Positions 52,200 to 64,000 of a stretch of 64,000 nucleotides of DNA are shown in pieces. Made by a program: the position numbers and the translations under genes. The DNA is from Octopus vulgaris (Eukaryota): assembly GCA_951406725.2 (NCBI GenBank), contig OX597834.1, positions 1,736,001 through 1,800,000 of the forward strand, read 5' to 3'. The stretch's first letter is position 1. Every line of letters starts with the position of its first letter. The notes below the pieces were generated by a model. It was not told where the DNA came from. It saw only the letters and a list, made by a program, of their open reading frames with translations, and searched no databases.

Positions 52200-52895
52200 A
52201 TGGCTTTCATCCTGCAATGGACTGAACCGGAAGGAGGCTGCACCTGGCTCCCAATCCAATCTGGCAAAGTTTCTACAGCTGGATGCCCTTCCTACCACCA
52301 ACCACTCTGAGAGTGTAGTGGGTGCTTTTTATGTGCTGCCAGCACTGGCATCGGCCACAACTATGATTTCACTCAACAAGTCTTTTCAAGCACAGCATGT
52401 TGTCTCACGGTTACTTCTTAAACTGCCCAGTTATGCAACACTGGCATCGGCCACAGCTATGGTCTCACTTGATTTGTCAGGTCTTCTCAAGCACAGCTTA
52501 TCTCCAAGCATCTCGCTCCCTTCGTGTCGTTGCCTCTGTGAGGCCCAATGTTCAATGGTTGTGCTTCACCACCTCATCCCATGTCTTCCTGGATCTACCT
52601 CTTCCACAGGTTCCCTCTATTGCTAGGGTGTGACACTTCTTCACACGGCTGCACAGTCGTCTCTCTTGCACACCACATCTGATGCTTCTTATGTCCAACT
52701 TCTCTCTCAGGATGCTTACACTCTGTCATGTATGCACACTAGCTTCATTTCTCTCCCTCAGCAGTCATGGCCCAAGTGTCACTGGCGAGTAGCATGGCTG
52801 TTCGCACACAGGCATTATACAATCTACCTTTCACTCTGAGTGAGAAGCCCTTTGTTACCAACAAAGGTAGGAGCTCACTGAACTTTGCCCAGGCT
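52200..52895 (-). mobile_element. Intronic RTE-type LINE 3' fragment
   Basis: AWAKFSELLPLLVTKGFSLRVKGRLYNACVRTAML..SDTWA (RTE RT C-terminus) followed by the family 3' UTR. Confidence 0.75.
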
Positions 52896-53688
52896 ATATA
52901 TATATACATACATACACGCACACACACATGTTGAAAAAGGTATGTTGTCAGTCTATATCCAATATTTTTTTATCCTTACAGACAAGTGGTGTAAAGTCGA
53001 CATTAGTTACATACTGAAGGGAGATAACTCAGACAAATTTCCAATAATCTCCTTTGCTTCATATTAACCGATTACCCTTTCGCATTCAGATGTCAAATTT
53101 GATACATAGTAATTCACATTGATTTGAAGTCATCATACATTAATCTCATAGCTTAATGATTTAAACGATGTGATTATATATCTTTAGAATGACATTGTAG
53201 GGTAGGTGTGAGAGGCCAGATTTTGACAGTTTGAACATAAAAGAATATTTGGACTGGATATGGCCAGTTTTAAATGTTAAACGGTTAAACTGTCCCACTT
53301 AACTTATGACAAACTAATAATTGACACAACTCTACTTTAACTAGTCTCTGAAGATGGCCACACGCATGGTCTAAATCATAGATTACAACATTGAATTGGT
53401 GAACAGGTTTCTATCAGTTTCTTCAACTGAACAAGCTATTACCTGTATTTATGAATGTGTGTGTATGTATATATACATACACACTCACACACTGTATTTA
53501 CTTGGAAATAAGTTGCACCCTTAATTTAATATTAAATTTTGGTATAAAATATTTTCCCTTTCATAGTTTTAGTTTTGTACTGTTACAGTTTTTTCAGTTT
53601 AAAGCAAGCATTATAAAGTAGTGCAACTTATACAAGAAAATTTACCTTTTATATTGTGTGTGTGTGTGTTATAAGACTTGGTACATAC

Positions 53689-53864
53689 CCCATTTCTTCT
53701 CCGGCTTTGATGTCTCGGGATGCAAAGAAACAAATACGTGGAAAGCGCATGTCTTGGTGATCAACAAATACCTTGACGGGGATCACATTCGGTTCACATA
53801 GATGATTGATAAAACGGCTGATGTTACCATAGCGACGGGCATCGATACAATATGTCTCACCATC
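53689..53864 (-). CDS. EHMT1: EHMT1/2 exon (SET domain)
   Basis: AG/GT bounded, 176 nt; [59 protein letters not shown]. Confidence 0.96.
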
Positions 53865-54444
53865 CTGCAGGGAGAGAAAGGAGTCAGGAGAGGGTGTAAA
53901 TTAATCACAATATTAATTAGTAACAAGATTTCACTAATTATAATTGAAAATATTGAAATATACAAGAAGACATCATGAAGTACAAATAGGTGCATTTAAA
54001 CAGAAATCTCCCTTTTTACATCAAGGAGCTTATAAACAATGATGAGTGTCATTAGTCTGGGGTTGATTAAACTGACTTGAAACGTATCCTTAAAATTCCT
54101 ACCAACATCTGACACACTGGTACCTACCCTTACCACTTTCCAGCACCCCAAAGGGCACAGCATACTTGAGCCTTACACCTAAACAATCCAGCCACCTTAA
54201 TTCAATCAAAGAACATGCATTCACTCATCCAGCTAAACCCAGCATCCTCTATCATCATACTTCGGTCAAGAACGGTCATGGCTGGAATACCTTTAGCCAC
54301 TGATCCACTTTGATCTGAGGACAGTTTTGAGCCAGAGTAAGAAGCAACTGGGTTTCAATGGTGGTGATCAACTCATGACACAACCTCAACCACAGCCAGC
54401 AGAATAGAAACACACACACACACGTGTGCATGTGATGAAGTTAC

Positions 54445-54523
54445 CTTATTATCCAGATCAAAAAGATAAGAGTCATCTTCTCTACGATCAGCTTCTGAAT
54501 CTGAGATCAACTCTCCAATGTAC
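54445..54523 (-). CDS. EHMT1: EHMT1/2 exon (SET domain)
   Basis: 79 nt; [26 protein letters not shown]. Confidence 0.96.
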
Positions 54524-54691
54524 CTGCAACAGAAAGAGTGGACTGTAATGGGCAGTGGATTGTGGACAGTAGAAGGTGAGGGGAATGCGGCAGACTTGGG
54601 AGACAGGCCTGACCAATGGTGTTAGGGTAACATGATGAAAGACAGAGAGAAAGGAGAGGCTGCAAGCCATGAGAATCCAGAATCAACTCAC

Positions 54692-54778
54692 TCGCAAATG
54701 AAGACACCCTGAGGGATGTCACGTAAGGTCTTCACACCCCAACCTCGTCCTTTGGTTTTAAATAGTTGCAGACGACAT
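54692..54778 (-). CDS. EHMT1: EHMT1/2 exon (start of SET)
   Basis: 87 nt; [29 protein letters not shown]. Confidence 0.96.
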
Positions 54779-54932
54779 CTGAAAAAATAACACAACATAT
54801 ATTACTGGTACTGAGAGAGAGAAAGAGACTGTGAGGCAGGTGAGAATAGACAGGTGGGTGGGGGCTGAAGTAAGTCATTATAAAAGGAGTTCTGGTTTAC
54901 AAAATGTGATTATCAAAGGGGTTGTGACTTAC

Positions 54933-55048
54933 ACAATGCCATTTTGCACGACCCTGTTGTTACATGTGGTCCAACAGCGACAATTTCTATTGCACTCAAA
55001 AATATAGGGAGGCTCCAGTTGGTTAAATTCTTGGACAAGACGACCCAT
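54933..55048 (-). CDS. EHMT1: EHMT1/2 exon (pre-SET)
   Basis: 116 nt; [39 protein letters not shown]. Confidence 0.96.
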
Positions 55049-55346
55049 CTGAAACAGAAAATAGAGGGAGACATGAAGGGTCAGTAGATTTGTGGGATGG
55101 GTAGGAGTTGGTCCCTAGACATAGAAGAGGAGGAGGGAAAAAAATATGCCAACCACCCAGTAGAGAGGTATGTTGCTAAAATAAGTGTGCAAGGTACAGA
55201 GCTGAACCCCTATTAGGTGGGGAGATGTACCCCTTATCTGAATATAGTAGGGTAGTGAACAATAAGTGGTGCTTTGGGTGAGGGGGGGGGGTTAATAAAT
55301 ATGAGAAATGGGGAGACGTTCAGTGTGAAACTGACATAACATGCAA

Positions 55347-55386
<40 letters not shown>

Positions 55387-55699
55387 GGAAAACATTGTAG
55401 AGGGAGGTGGGTAAGTGGGCAAAAATGTACAAAATTAAGGAAGTCGTGAGGTAATCACCTCACTTGTGATGTTTACATTCTCTATAACATGAAAGAAATG
55501 GTACCCTTAAGACACCCCTCTGCATAGAAAGCCCAGATGTAGCAGCATCTATCTTATATAAGAGCCAGAAGGGGTGGAATAGTCACATTTCAACTGCTTG
55601 GTGGCATCACTTGATCGTTAACATCAGACAGGTAAAAAGTAATAATGAATATCTCAGCTCAGTGTTAACAAGACATAATAAAGTTGTCTGGTAGAGGCC

Positions 55700-56062
55700 T
55701 GGTTGTGTGATTAAGGAAGCTTGCTTTGCAGCTGTATGGCTGTGGGAGTTCGATCCCACTGCACAAGTATGTTCCTACGATGCCCCAGCTCAACCAAAGC
55801 TTTTTCAGTGAATTTGGTAGATGAAAACTGTGTAGAAGCCTATCGTGTGTGTGTATATATGTGTGTGTGTGTGCATTTGTTCCCTACCACAACTTGACAA
55901 CCAGTGTTGGTTTGTTTACATCCCTATAATTTAGCAGTTCAGCTTCAGAAGACTGATACAATAAGTATGAGAATGGAGTGAATCAGACTAAAAGGCCTTC
56001 AAGCCAGTGCCCCAGCATGGCCACATTCCAGGGATTGAAACAAATAAAAGACAAAAAGATGA
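55700..56062 (+). mobile_element. Diverged intronic SINE (family A)
   Basis: Degenerate match along the family A sequence. Confidence 0.7.
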
Positions 56063-56145
56063 ATGACAAGTAAACCGGACTAACTAGGTTGGCGCCATTA
56101 AGAGAAGGCAGCAAGAGGTAATCGATATGCAAGGTATGTTCTCAC

Positions 56146-56223
56146 CTGATCGTACCAGCATTGGACGCTGTTCCTGCTACACACACATAACATAGAAGCA
56201 CAACTGTCCTGACAGTTGCAACT
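56146..56223 (-). CDS. EHMT1: EHMT1/2 exon (pre-SET)
   Basis: 78 nt; SCNCQDSCASMLCVCSRNSVQCWYDQ. Confidence 0.95.
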
Positions 56224-56456
56224 CTGAAAGAAAAAGAAAAACAGAAATCTTCAGAAACGAACAAACAACAACAACAACATTCGGCAGAGTTGAATAAATA
56301 ATTATTGTCATGGAAACTATTTTAAAACATCACAGGTGTGTGTCCACTTGTAGATATACCTACAGGTGTAAGAAACAACCACACATTATTATTGTATTGG
56401 TTTGTGGTATAATTCAACAAAGAAAGCACTCTATCTGGTGAGAGCCAAATATTTCT

Positions 56457-56621
56457 GTTCAAGGATCACAATACATGTCTTTGGGTGCCACAAATAGTTT
56501 CACACTCTTCCTGCTGAACTAAGGAGTTCAGCACAAGGAGTGGTCTGTGCCTGAAGAACAGGTTCAGATCTTCAGACACATGAAACTATTAGTAACACCC
56601 AAAGACATGTATTGTGATCCT

Positions 56622-56626
<5 letters not shown>
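56457..56626. repeat. Intronic inverted repeat enclosing two internal hairpins
   Basis: Outer arms aaggatcacaatacatgtctttgggtg / cacccaaagacatgtattgtgatcctt; inner stems tgctgaact/agttcagca and ctgaaga/tcttcag. Confidence 0.85.
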
Positions 56627-56655
<29 letters not shown>

Positions 56656-57883
56656 GTGTGTGTATATTATATATATATATATATATAAATATATATATGT
56701 AATATACACACACATACATTAAAATATAAATATGTGAGTGGTTCATTACACAGTGTGTGTATGTACATGCATATTTAATTGTCGGTATACACGTGTGTGT
56801 GTGTGTATAAACATTTGTGTGAATGGATATGTGAAACTATATAAATTGTAAACAAGTTACATCCGAAGTCGGATGGAGCAGAACAATTGATTTGACAAGG
56901 GAGACAACCGTGACATTTTTAATTAAATATAGCACAAAGGGAAGGGAAGGGAGTGGAATCGATTGATCGATGTGTGTGTACATATCAGTGTGCCATTTTC
57001 ATCCTCATCAATGTGCTGGTGGCACGAGTTGCACTGCCCTGCATCATCTCGATGGCTCAATGCCCTTCCTAACACCAAACGCTTTACATTTGTCTACTGG
57101 AGGAAGTATTTTCTTCTCTTCTCTTTTTGTTTGTATGTGTGGGGCAACAGGATCAATTTGTACATCCGGTGTGTCTATATATAATAATGAGGACGCATGG
57201 CATAATGGCTAGGGTATGGCACTCAACTGAGCAAGATGGCAGTTTCAATTCCTAGACCAGGTGGTGCAATGTATTCTTCAGCTAAATACTTCATCTCACA
57301 TTGCTATGCAATCACTTCAATACCTGAGACATGGTAATACAACAAAGCACCTGTTCAGGTAACATCAATTTAAGGCAGGCGATAAGCTTAATATGTATTG
57401 TATAAATATTTGATCACTACAAACAATTCATTTGCACAGGTTATTCACCACGATATTGCAGAACCATCTTTCTCAGACTACGAGAGACTACCCCTGGTTA
57501 CCGTGCTGGTGGCACATAAAAAGCACCACCCAAGTGTAGTCATTGCCAGTGCCACCAGACTGGCTCCCATGCCAGTGACATGTAAAAAGCACCATTCAAG
57601 CATGGGTCACTGCCAGTATCGCCTGACTGGCTCCCGTGCCAGTGGCAAGTAAAAAGCATCATTCAAGTGCAGGTTGTTGCCAGTGCCGACTGGCTCTCAT
57701 GCGGGTGACAAATAAAAAGCACCCACTACCCTCTTGGAATGGCTGGCATTAGGAAGGGCATCCAGCTGTAGACACTTTGCCGGATCAGATTGGAGCCTGG
57801 TACAGCCTTCTGGCTTGCCACTCTTCAGTCAAAACCATCCAATTCTTGCTAGTATTGAAAGCGGACATTAAGCGATGATGATG

Positions 57884-58015
<132 letters not shown>

Positions 58016-58176
58016 TTGAAAGTCTTCTGAAAATTATTTAATATGGTTTTTAAGCATAAAGGAGATTTTAAAAAAGTTACAGAATCTTTTATCAGGATGT
58101 TGCTAACCTTTTTGTAAGAAGTCATTTCCTAATGCGTGCGAGCAATTTTGATTAATTTCCTCAAACACATGTGCTC

Positions 58177-58220
<44 letters not shown>

Positions 58221-58422
58221 TATATGTGTACACATATATATACATACATAAAGTATCGAGAAATAAAGTCTTAAACGATGATCAACTATTACTACTACAC
58301 AAACAACCAGCCAACGCTATATATATATATATATACATACACACACACACACACGCACGCGCACAAATCTGCAGTATTGTACAGTGAATATATAAAGAAT
58401 GTCTCAGTTAACAATTGTTATT

Positions 58423-58470
<48 letters not shown>

Positions 58471-58480
58471 GAGGACTCAC

Positions 58481-58625
58481 CTGCAAGCTAGAAATTACCC
58501 TGTTTATATTGAGAGGAGTGGTTTCGACACTCTGGGTGACATATTGGAAATCTAGAGGTGGTCCTTCATCATCGATGGCATTGATACTGTTAATAGGGAA
58601 GTTTTCACGGCCAAACGAGATATCT
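58481..58625 (-). CDS. EHMT1: EHMT1/2 exon (start of pre-SET)
   Basis: 145 nt; DISFGRENFPINSINAIDDEGPPLDFQYVTQSVETTPLNINRVISSLQ. Confidence 0.94.
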
Positions 58626-58849
58626 CTGTAAAGTCATTTACAAAAGCACATTCTTAATCACAACAGGCTAATTAAACACAACAATAAAATAGTTAATCAC
58701 AACAGACTAATGAAACACAATAATCGAATGTTCTTAGTGAGGGTGGGTGGGTACTCTACCTGTCGTGACACACCAAAATATTGTGATCAACACCTATTAT
58801 ATTTTGAATTGACCACACAACACCTACTATATTAATATCATTAACATTA

Positions 58850-59070
58850 TTAAGGCAGCAAGCCGGGAGAATCGTTAGCAGACCAGGCAAAATGCTAAGC
58901 AGCATTTTGTCCGTCTGTACATTTTGTATTCTAATTCTGTCAAGGTGAACTTGGCCACTCATCCTTTCGGGGTCAATAAAGTAAGTACCAGTGAAGCACT
59001 GGGGTCTATGTAATTGACTAGCCCTGACCCACATAATTTCAGGCCCTGTGCCTATAGTAGGAAGGATTAT
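58850..59070 (+). mobile_element. Intronic SINE (family B)
   Basis: ...atcgttagca...aaatgctaagcagcatttt...tcatcctttcggggtcaataaa...gtaccagt. Confidence 0.75.
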
Positions 59071-59399
59071 TATTATTATTATTACCACACATTGTACATA
59101 AATCTCTGGTTGCTATACAACTAAAGTAGAGGTACACCATTTATTCTCACCAAGTGGAACATGCTCCCTAATATGTCTTGTTCAATCATGTTCTTTATAA
59201 TTCATTAATCTCAACTGCAACAATATCAATGAAGATTCAAAATATGACAGCTGTATATTTACCTTAAATTAATTTATGATTATTTAATATGCTGCTGCCT
59301 TCAACACCAGTCATGGTTAACCATTAATCTTGTACGATTAATGTTTAAAATCTCAGTTTCAACAAGACTATGGCTATAATCCCAGTCCACAACCAACGC

Positions 59400-59765
59400 T
59401 GGCAATGGCTGTGTGGTGAGAAGTTTGCCTCCCAAACACATGGTTCCAGGTTCAGTTCCAGTGTGGTCCCTGGGGCAAGTGTCTTCTATTATAGCCTCAG
59501 GCCAACCAAAGCCTTGTGAGTGGATTTGATAGATGGAAGCAGAAAGAAGCTTGTCGTGTATATATATATATATATATCATGTCATGTATGTGTGTCTGAG
59601 CCTGTCCACCACCACTGCTTGACAACTGGTACGAGTGTGTCTATGTCCAGGTAACTTTGAAGCTGGGCAAAAGAGACTGATGGAATAAACTGTTTGACTA
59701 AAAATTCTTCAAGGCAGTGCTCCAGCATGGCCACAGTCTAATGAGACTGTAACAAGTGAAAGAAT
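59400..59765 (+). mobile_element. Intronic SINE (family A)
   Basis: tggctgtgtggtgagaagtttgcctccc...ggttcagttcc...gccttgtgagtggatttg. Confidence 0.78.
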
Positions 59766-60144
59766 ACTACAATCTTCACAATTTAGTCAATCGATGTTGT
59801 ACCTTTAACCCTTATCATATAAGATCCACCCAAAATCACACACATGGTCCTTTCCTATAAACTTCTGGTATTAAAGTGATTTGAATTAAAATTTCCCATC
59901 AGAATTTCAGGTGGATTTTCCAAACATCAAATAAACAACAACAAAGAAATTCACACACACACACACACACACAGAGTACAACCATCTCTCCTGTCTAGAT
60001 AATGTAGTCCTAGATAGACAATGTCTGAATAAAAGATGAGATGGCCATGAATGGAACACCTTTGAACACACATCTGCTGAATCAGGGCTGACCTGCTACA
60101 TAACAACAACAACAGCATCAAACATTAACGAAATGCTAGTTTAC

Positions 60145-60251
60145 CTGTGGACAAGTTTTTCGGATCTTTCAAGTCTCTTTGAGGCCAAATCTCTCAGCTC
60201 CTTGTTTACGTTTAGTGCCATCCAAACATTACTCTTCTGGTCCAGACAACA
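60145..60251 (-). CDS. EHMT1: EHMT1/2 exon (ankyrin-to-pre-SET linker)
   Basis: 107 nt; CCLDQKSNVWMALNVNKELRDLASKRLERSEKLVHR; phases match both neighbours. Confidence 0.9.
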
Positions 60252-60520
60252 CTGCAAGCAACAACAGGTGTAAAATCATCAATTGTGGAAACCATGGTTA
60301 CAGTGAGGAAGGAAGAGGGTGGACGGTCTTTTTACTGACAAAAGCTGTTTTACTAATTTCTCTAATTATTAAAAAGCAGTGGATTTCAAAAGAAATAGGG
60401 TAACAAAAGGGTTAGAATGCAAAGAGGTGTCTCTCCGTTGTAATGTTTGCTGTATTAAGTTTGGGAATAGAAGGGAAAGAAGAAAGGAAGGAAGGAATGA
60501 AGTATAATAACGTAACTTAC

Positions 60521-60584
60521 ATCTGATGGTAATTGGTTGATGTTGTTGCGAGCACTAATGTCAGCCCCACGTAAGAGACACAAC
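60521..60584 (-). CDS. EHMT1: EHMT1/2 exon (ankyrin repeat)
   Basis: 64 nt; LCLLRGADISARNNINQLPSD; GTAAGT donor. Confidence 0.9.
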
Positions 60585-61184
60585 CTGTTGGAAATACAAC
60601 AATCATTTAGCATTATTATTATTATTATTATTATTATTATAATGTTACACAGTTTTATAAAGGCAGATTTAGTAAAAAGAAAAAAAAACTGTAGCATTAT
60701 TTCAGGGTTTACTTAACCCTGGGACAAAATATTGGGGGGGGGGGGCAGCTTTGACTTCAGCAAACTTCTTACTGGGAAAGAAATACAGCCATGTTGTAGT
60801 TGTTTATTAACAAATCCTTTTTGTACCTTCACCTCACATCTCTCTCTGTCACTCTTTCCAGGTGGAGAAGCCATATCTTCATTTAGCTCCGGAGTAAAAC
60901 ATTTGCTCTTGTCCCGCTCTCACGATTTCGTGTTCCCCAATACTTCCTACCCCATTCAGACGAGGGACCTACCTTGTCTTACGGGTACTTGGTGACCTTG
61001 GTAGAGCTGATGCCTTGAAAAAAAGCACCCAGTACATTTAGAGAAGTGATTGGTATTAGGAAGGGTATCCAGCTGCAAACCATGCCAAACCAGACATTCG
61101 AACAGAGGGCATCCCTGTGGCCTGTCTATTCATAATGAATTACCAAACCCATGCTAGCATGGAAAAACAGACATTAAACTATGC

Positions 61185-61224
<40 letters not shown>

Positions 61225-61564
61225 AATAACCCTAACCCAAAGGCTAGGTCTTTAGGTTCTCTTGTGCCATATTTCTTTAGCTAGAACTAAGAGTTTGGGA
61301 TACAAAAAAAAGTGCCCCTGCAATGACATAGAGACACTACAAATTAGGGTCTGTCAGATCAGGACATATCGTGGAGGGCTTCACACAGCAACAATACACA
61401 CATCAGAGTGTCCCCTATTTACCAAAGTACACATTCTGCCAGTGACACCCTTTAGGACACTCACTCTAGAAAACCCCACAGAGTTAAAGTTGGTTCCACA
61501 TACTGCAGCAGTTAACATGGGAAGATGAGTAATTCAGAAAGAGGAAGGAAATGTTTCTACTTAC

Positions 61565-61603
61565 ACAACACATTCATAATTGTCTTGTCGAACTGATATA
61601 TGT
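61565..61603 (-). CDS. EHMT1: EHMT1/2 39-nt exon (ankyrin repeat)
   Basis: cttacag acceptor, GTAAGT donor; HISVRQDNYECVV completes PL-H of the upstream exon. Confidence 0.88.
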
Positions 61604-61679
61604 CTGTAAGGAATGAAGAAGACGTTTAAGGTGAAAACATCAACATCTCTCTGGAAACACATAATAATAATAATAATAA

Positions 61680-62600
61680 TAATTTTGACACAAAGCCTGA
61701 AATTTTGATTGAGGGAGTTTAGCTGATTACATTGACTCCACTTGCTAAACTGGTTCTTTATTTCATTGGCCCCGAAAGGATGGAAAGTAAAGTTCATTTT
61801 GCTAACATTTGAACTTGGACAAATACCACCAGTCACTTTGCCAGCTTGCCATGTCATCATCATCGTTTAATGTCCATTTTCCATGCTGGCATGGGTGGGA
61901 TGGTTTGACATGGAGTTGGCCAACCAGGGAGCTGTCCAGACTCCAGTTGTCTATAACGATGATGATGATAATCCTTTCTACTTCAGTCACAAGGCCTGAA
62001 ATTTTGGTGGGAGGGGGGAAAGTCAGTTACATTGACCCCATTACTTAACTGGTATTTCTTTTATCAACCATAAAAGGCAAAGTAAGCCACAACTGAATTT
62101 GAACTCGGAATGTTTCAGATGGATGAAATACCGCTAAGCATTTTTCTCCAGTTTGCCATCTTCGTAACAATAATAATCCTCCTGTCTGCTACAGGTACAA
62201 GGCCAGAAATGGGGTGGGCCCTTGTCAGTTACATCAACCCCACTGCTCAACTGGTCCTTATTTTATCGACCCTGAAAGGATGAAAGGCAAAGGCAACCAT
62301 GACAGAATCTGAACTAAGAAGCTGTAGATGCACAAAATGTTACAAAGCATTTGGTCCAGTGCACCAATAATTATGCCTGCTCACCACCTTAACAACAACA
62401 AGACGAACAAGGCCTGCAAGTTTTGAGAAGAGGGGTCAGTCAATACCCTTGACCCCCACTGATTCGATTTGTATTGTATTTTATTTGATCTTCAAGGGGT
62501 GAAAGAAGTACACAGTTGACATCAGTGGGATTTGAACTCAGGATGTTAAGAGGCAGAAGAAATACCACATGACATTTTGTCCATTGCTCCAATGATTCTG
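61680..62600 (-). mobile_element. Cluster of about four same-orientation family B SINE copies
   Basis: The motif caaggcc...gtcagttacat.gacccca...aactggt...tttat...gaaaggatg...tttgaact recurs at about 61690, 61990, 62198 and 62408. Confidence 0.65.
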
Positions 62601-63207
62601 GTAACAAAAACTCCAAATCCACATCATCCTGTACCCCTTACACACACATACACACATGCGGATATCTTTCACCATTATGTATCAGTGAAGAGTACAAACG
62701 TAATTAAACCTTGAAATGTTTATTCTGCACCAAGTTACAGACACTCCCCTATCACCTTACCCATCAGATATACAAGGACCCAGTGACTGGTCTTCAGGCA
62801 ACTTGTAACTAACAGCAACACTAAATATTATGGTTCATCAATTGGAATCGAAGAGAGGATTAAGAAATACTGGTACAAGGGGAGATAACAAAGACAATCA
62901 CGGGGAAGATTAAGTGAAGAAAAAAATGAGAAGTCTTGAGAGAGATGGTAAGCGACTTGCGACCTGATGAATGGAATCTTAAAATAGAGTGAGAAGCCAG
63001 AAGTCATTGCATTGGGTAAAACCCTGCACCAGATTGCCATTGTAGTAATATCTGAGAATCAAGAGAATTTGGAAAAAGGAAATAAGGAATGGAAAAGGAG
63101 AGTATGTTGAAGGATGAATGGGGTTAATTGAAATGGGGACACAAGTAATAGAAACGCCAGATGGTTGTGTGCACCTGGCTACGAGATGGTAAGGAAATGC
63201 TACTTAC

Positions 63208-63323
63208 AGGGGCCGATCTCCGTGTTCGTTTGGAGATTCTAGTTCACAGCCGTAATCCAAAAATAATTCTGCAATCTCAACACTTCCTGAGAACGCAGCC
63301 CAATGCAGCCCCGTGTTCTCTTC
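63208..63323 (-). CDS. EHMT1: EHMT1/2 exon (ankyrin repeat); gene continues beyond the window
   Basis: 116 nt; [39 protein letters not shown]. Confidence 0.93.
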
Positions 63324-63499
63324 CTGCAAACAACAACAAATCATCATCATCATCAATTAAGGTGTAATGGCAACTGTTTTGTCTATCTTCTAAACAAATG
63401 TTCTTAATAAATTCTTCTATTGCAACTGTACGTACCCCCAGAGGGTCAATAATTGTGAACATACACAGAGGCTTATAATAAAAGATTCTAATGTATATA

Positions 63500-63801
63500 T
63501 ACACACAACTACAACAGTTCTATGCGACATACAAACATCTATAAATGTATAAATCAGTTTTATGATATATACACACATCTACCAGTGTGTATATCACAGT
63601 TCTATGTTATATACAGACATCCACAAGAGTATATAAGAATATGTTACATACACACTTCCACTAATGTAATGTGTATGACAGATCTGTTTTATACATACAC
63701 ATCTACAAGTGGGTACAACATAGATCTGTCATACACACATAATTACCAGCATGTATAACACTATATACATACATTTATTTACCAGTGTGTATAACACAGT
63801 G

Positions 63802-63805
<4 letters not shown>
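63500..63805. repeat. Degenerate ~40-bp minisatellite
   Basis: Recurring atacacacatctac.agtgtgtataacacagttctat-like units. Confidence 0.65.
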
Positions 63806-63837
<32 letters not shown>

Positions 63838-64000
63838 ATCACGTGACTGACCAGACCATCAGATGTTGTTACACATCGCTGGTCACAATGCGTTCGCATT
63901 GTTTTAGCCTTCGAATGATGCCACCCCGCTGTGGGAGAAAGAGTGGTGAAAGAGTACAGCAGGGATCACCACCCCCTGCCGGAGCCTCGTGGACCTTTTA

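Noticed and set aside
53340-53385. CTGAAGA-stem-TAAA hammerhead-like relic in an EHMT intron (similar relics near 41981 and 42333)
   Set aside because: The GAAA and stem III elements are broken; not annotated as ribozymes.

Overview
AT-rich, microsatellite-dense eukaryotic genomic DNA. The SINE families and repeat landscape suggest an octopus (inference, no database search). Two host genes are supported: an intronless, divergent Frizzled-family receptor (20267-22060, +), and the last 11 coding exons of a G9a/GLP (EHMT1/2-type) H3K9 methyltransferase (51554-63323, -; 387 aa spliced by hand in one frame with GT-AG junctions; the 5' part lies beyond the window). The rest is mostly transposon-derived: tRNA-derived SINEs, a DD37D mariner-type relic, Penelope-like (PLE) fragments, RTE LINE tails, Helitrons, and hAT-like, Academ-like and foldback MITEs. 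Most notable observations: (1) several type-I hammerhead-ribozyme motifs with different catalytic-core variants, often in inverted pairs, including a 130-bp palindrome encoding a hammerhead on each strand; (2) an apparently ORF1-only Tx1/L1-like element with a 15-bp duplication inside a SINE head; (3) a Helitron carrying a copy of DNA from a neighbouring locus; (4) recurrent short snap-back hairpins; (5) loss of Dishevelled-coupling motifs in the Frizzled. Repeat boundaries are read by eye and are approximate unless termini or TSDs are quoted.
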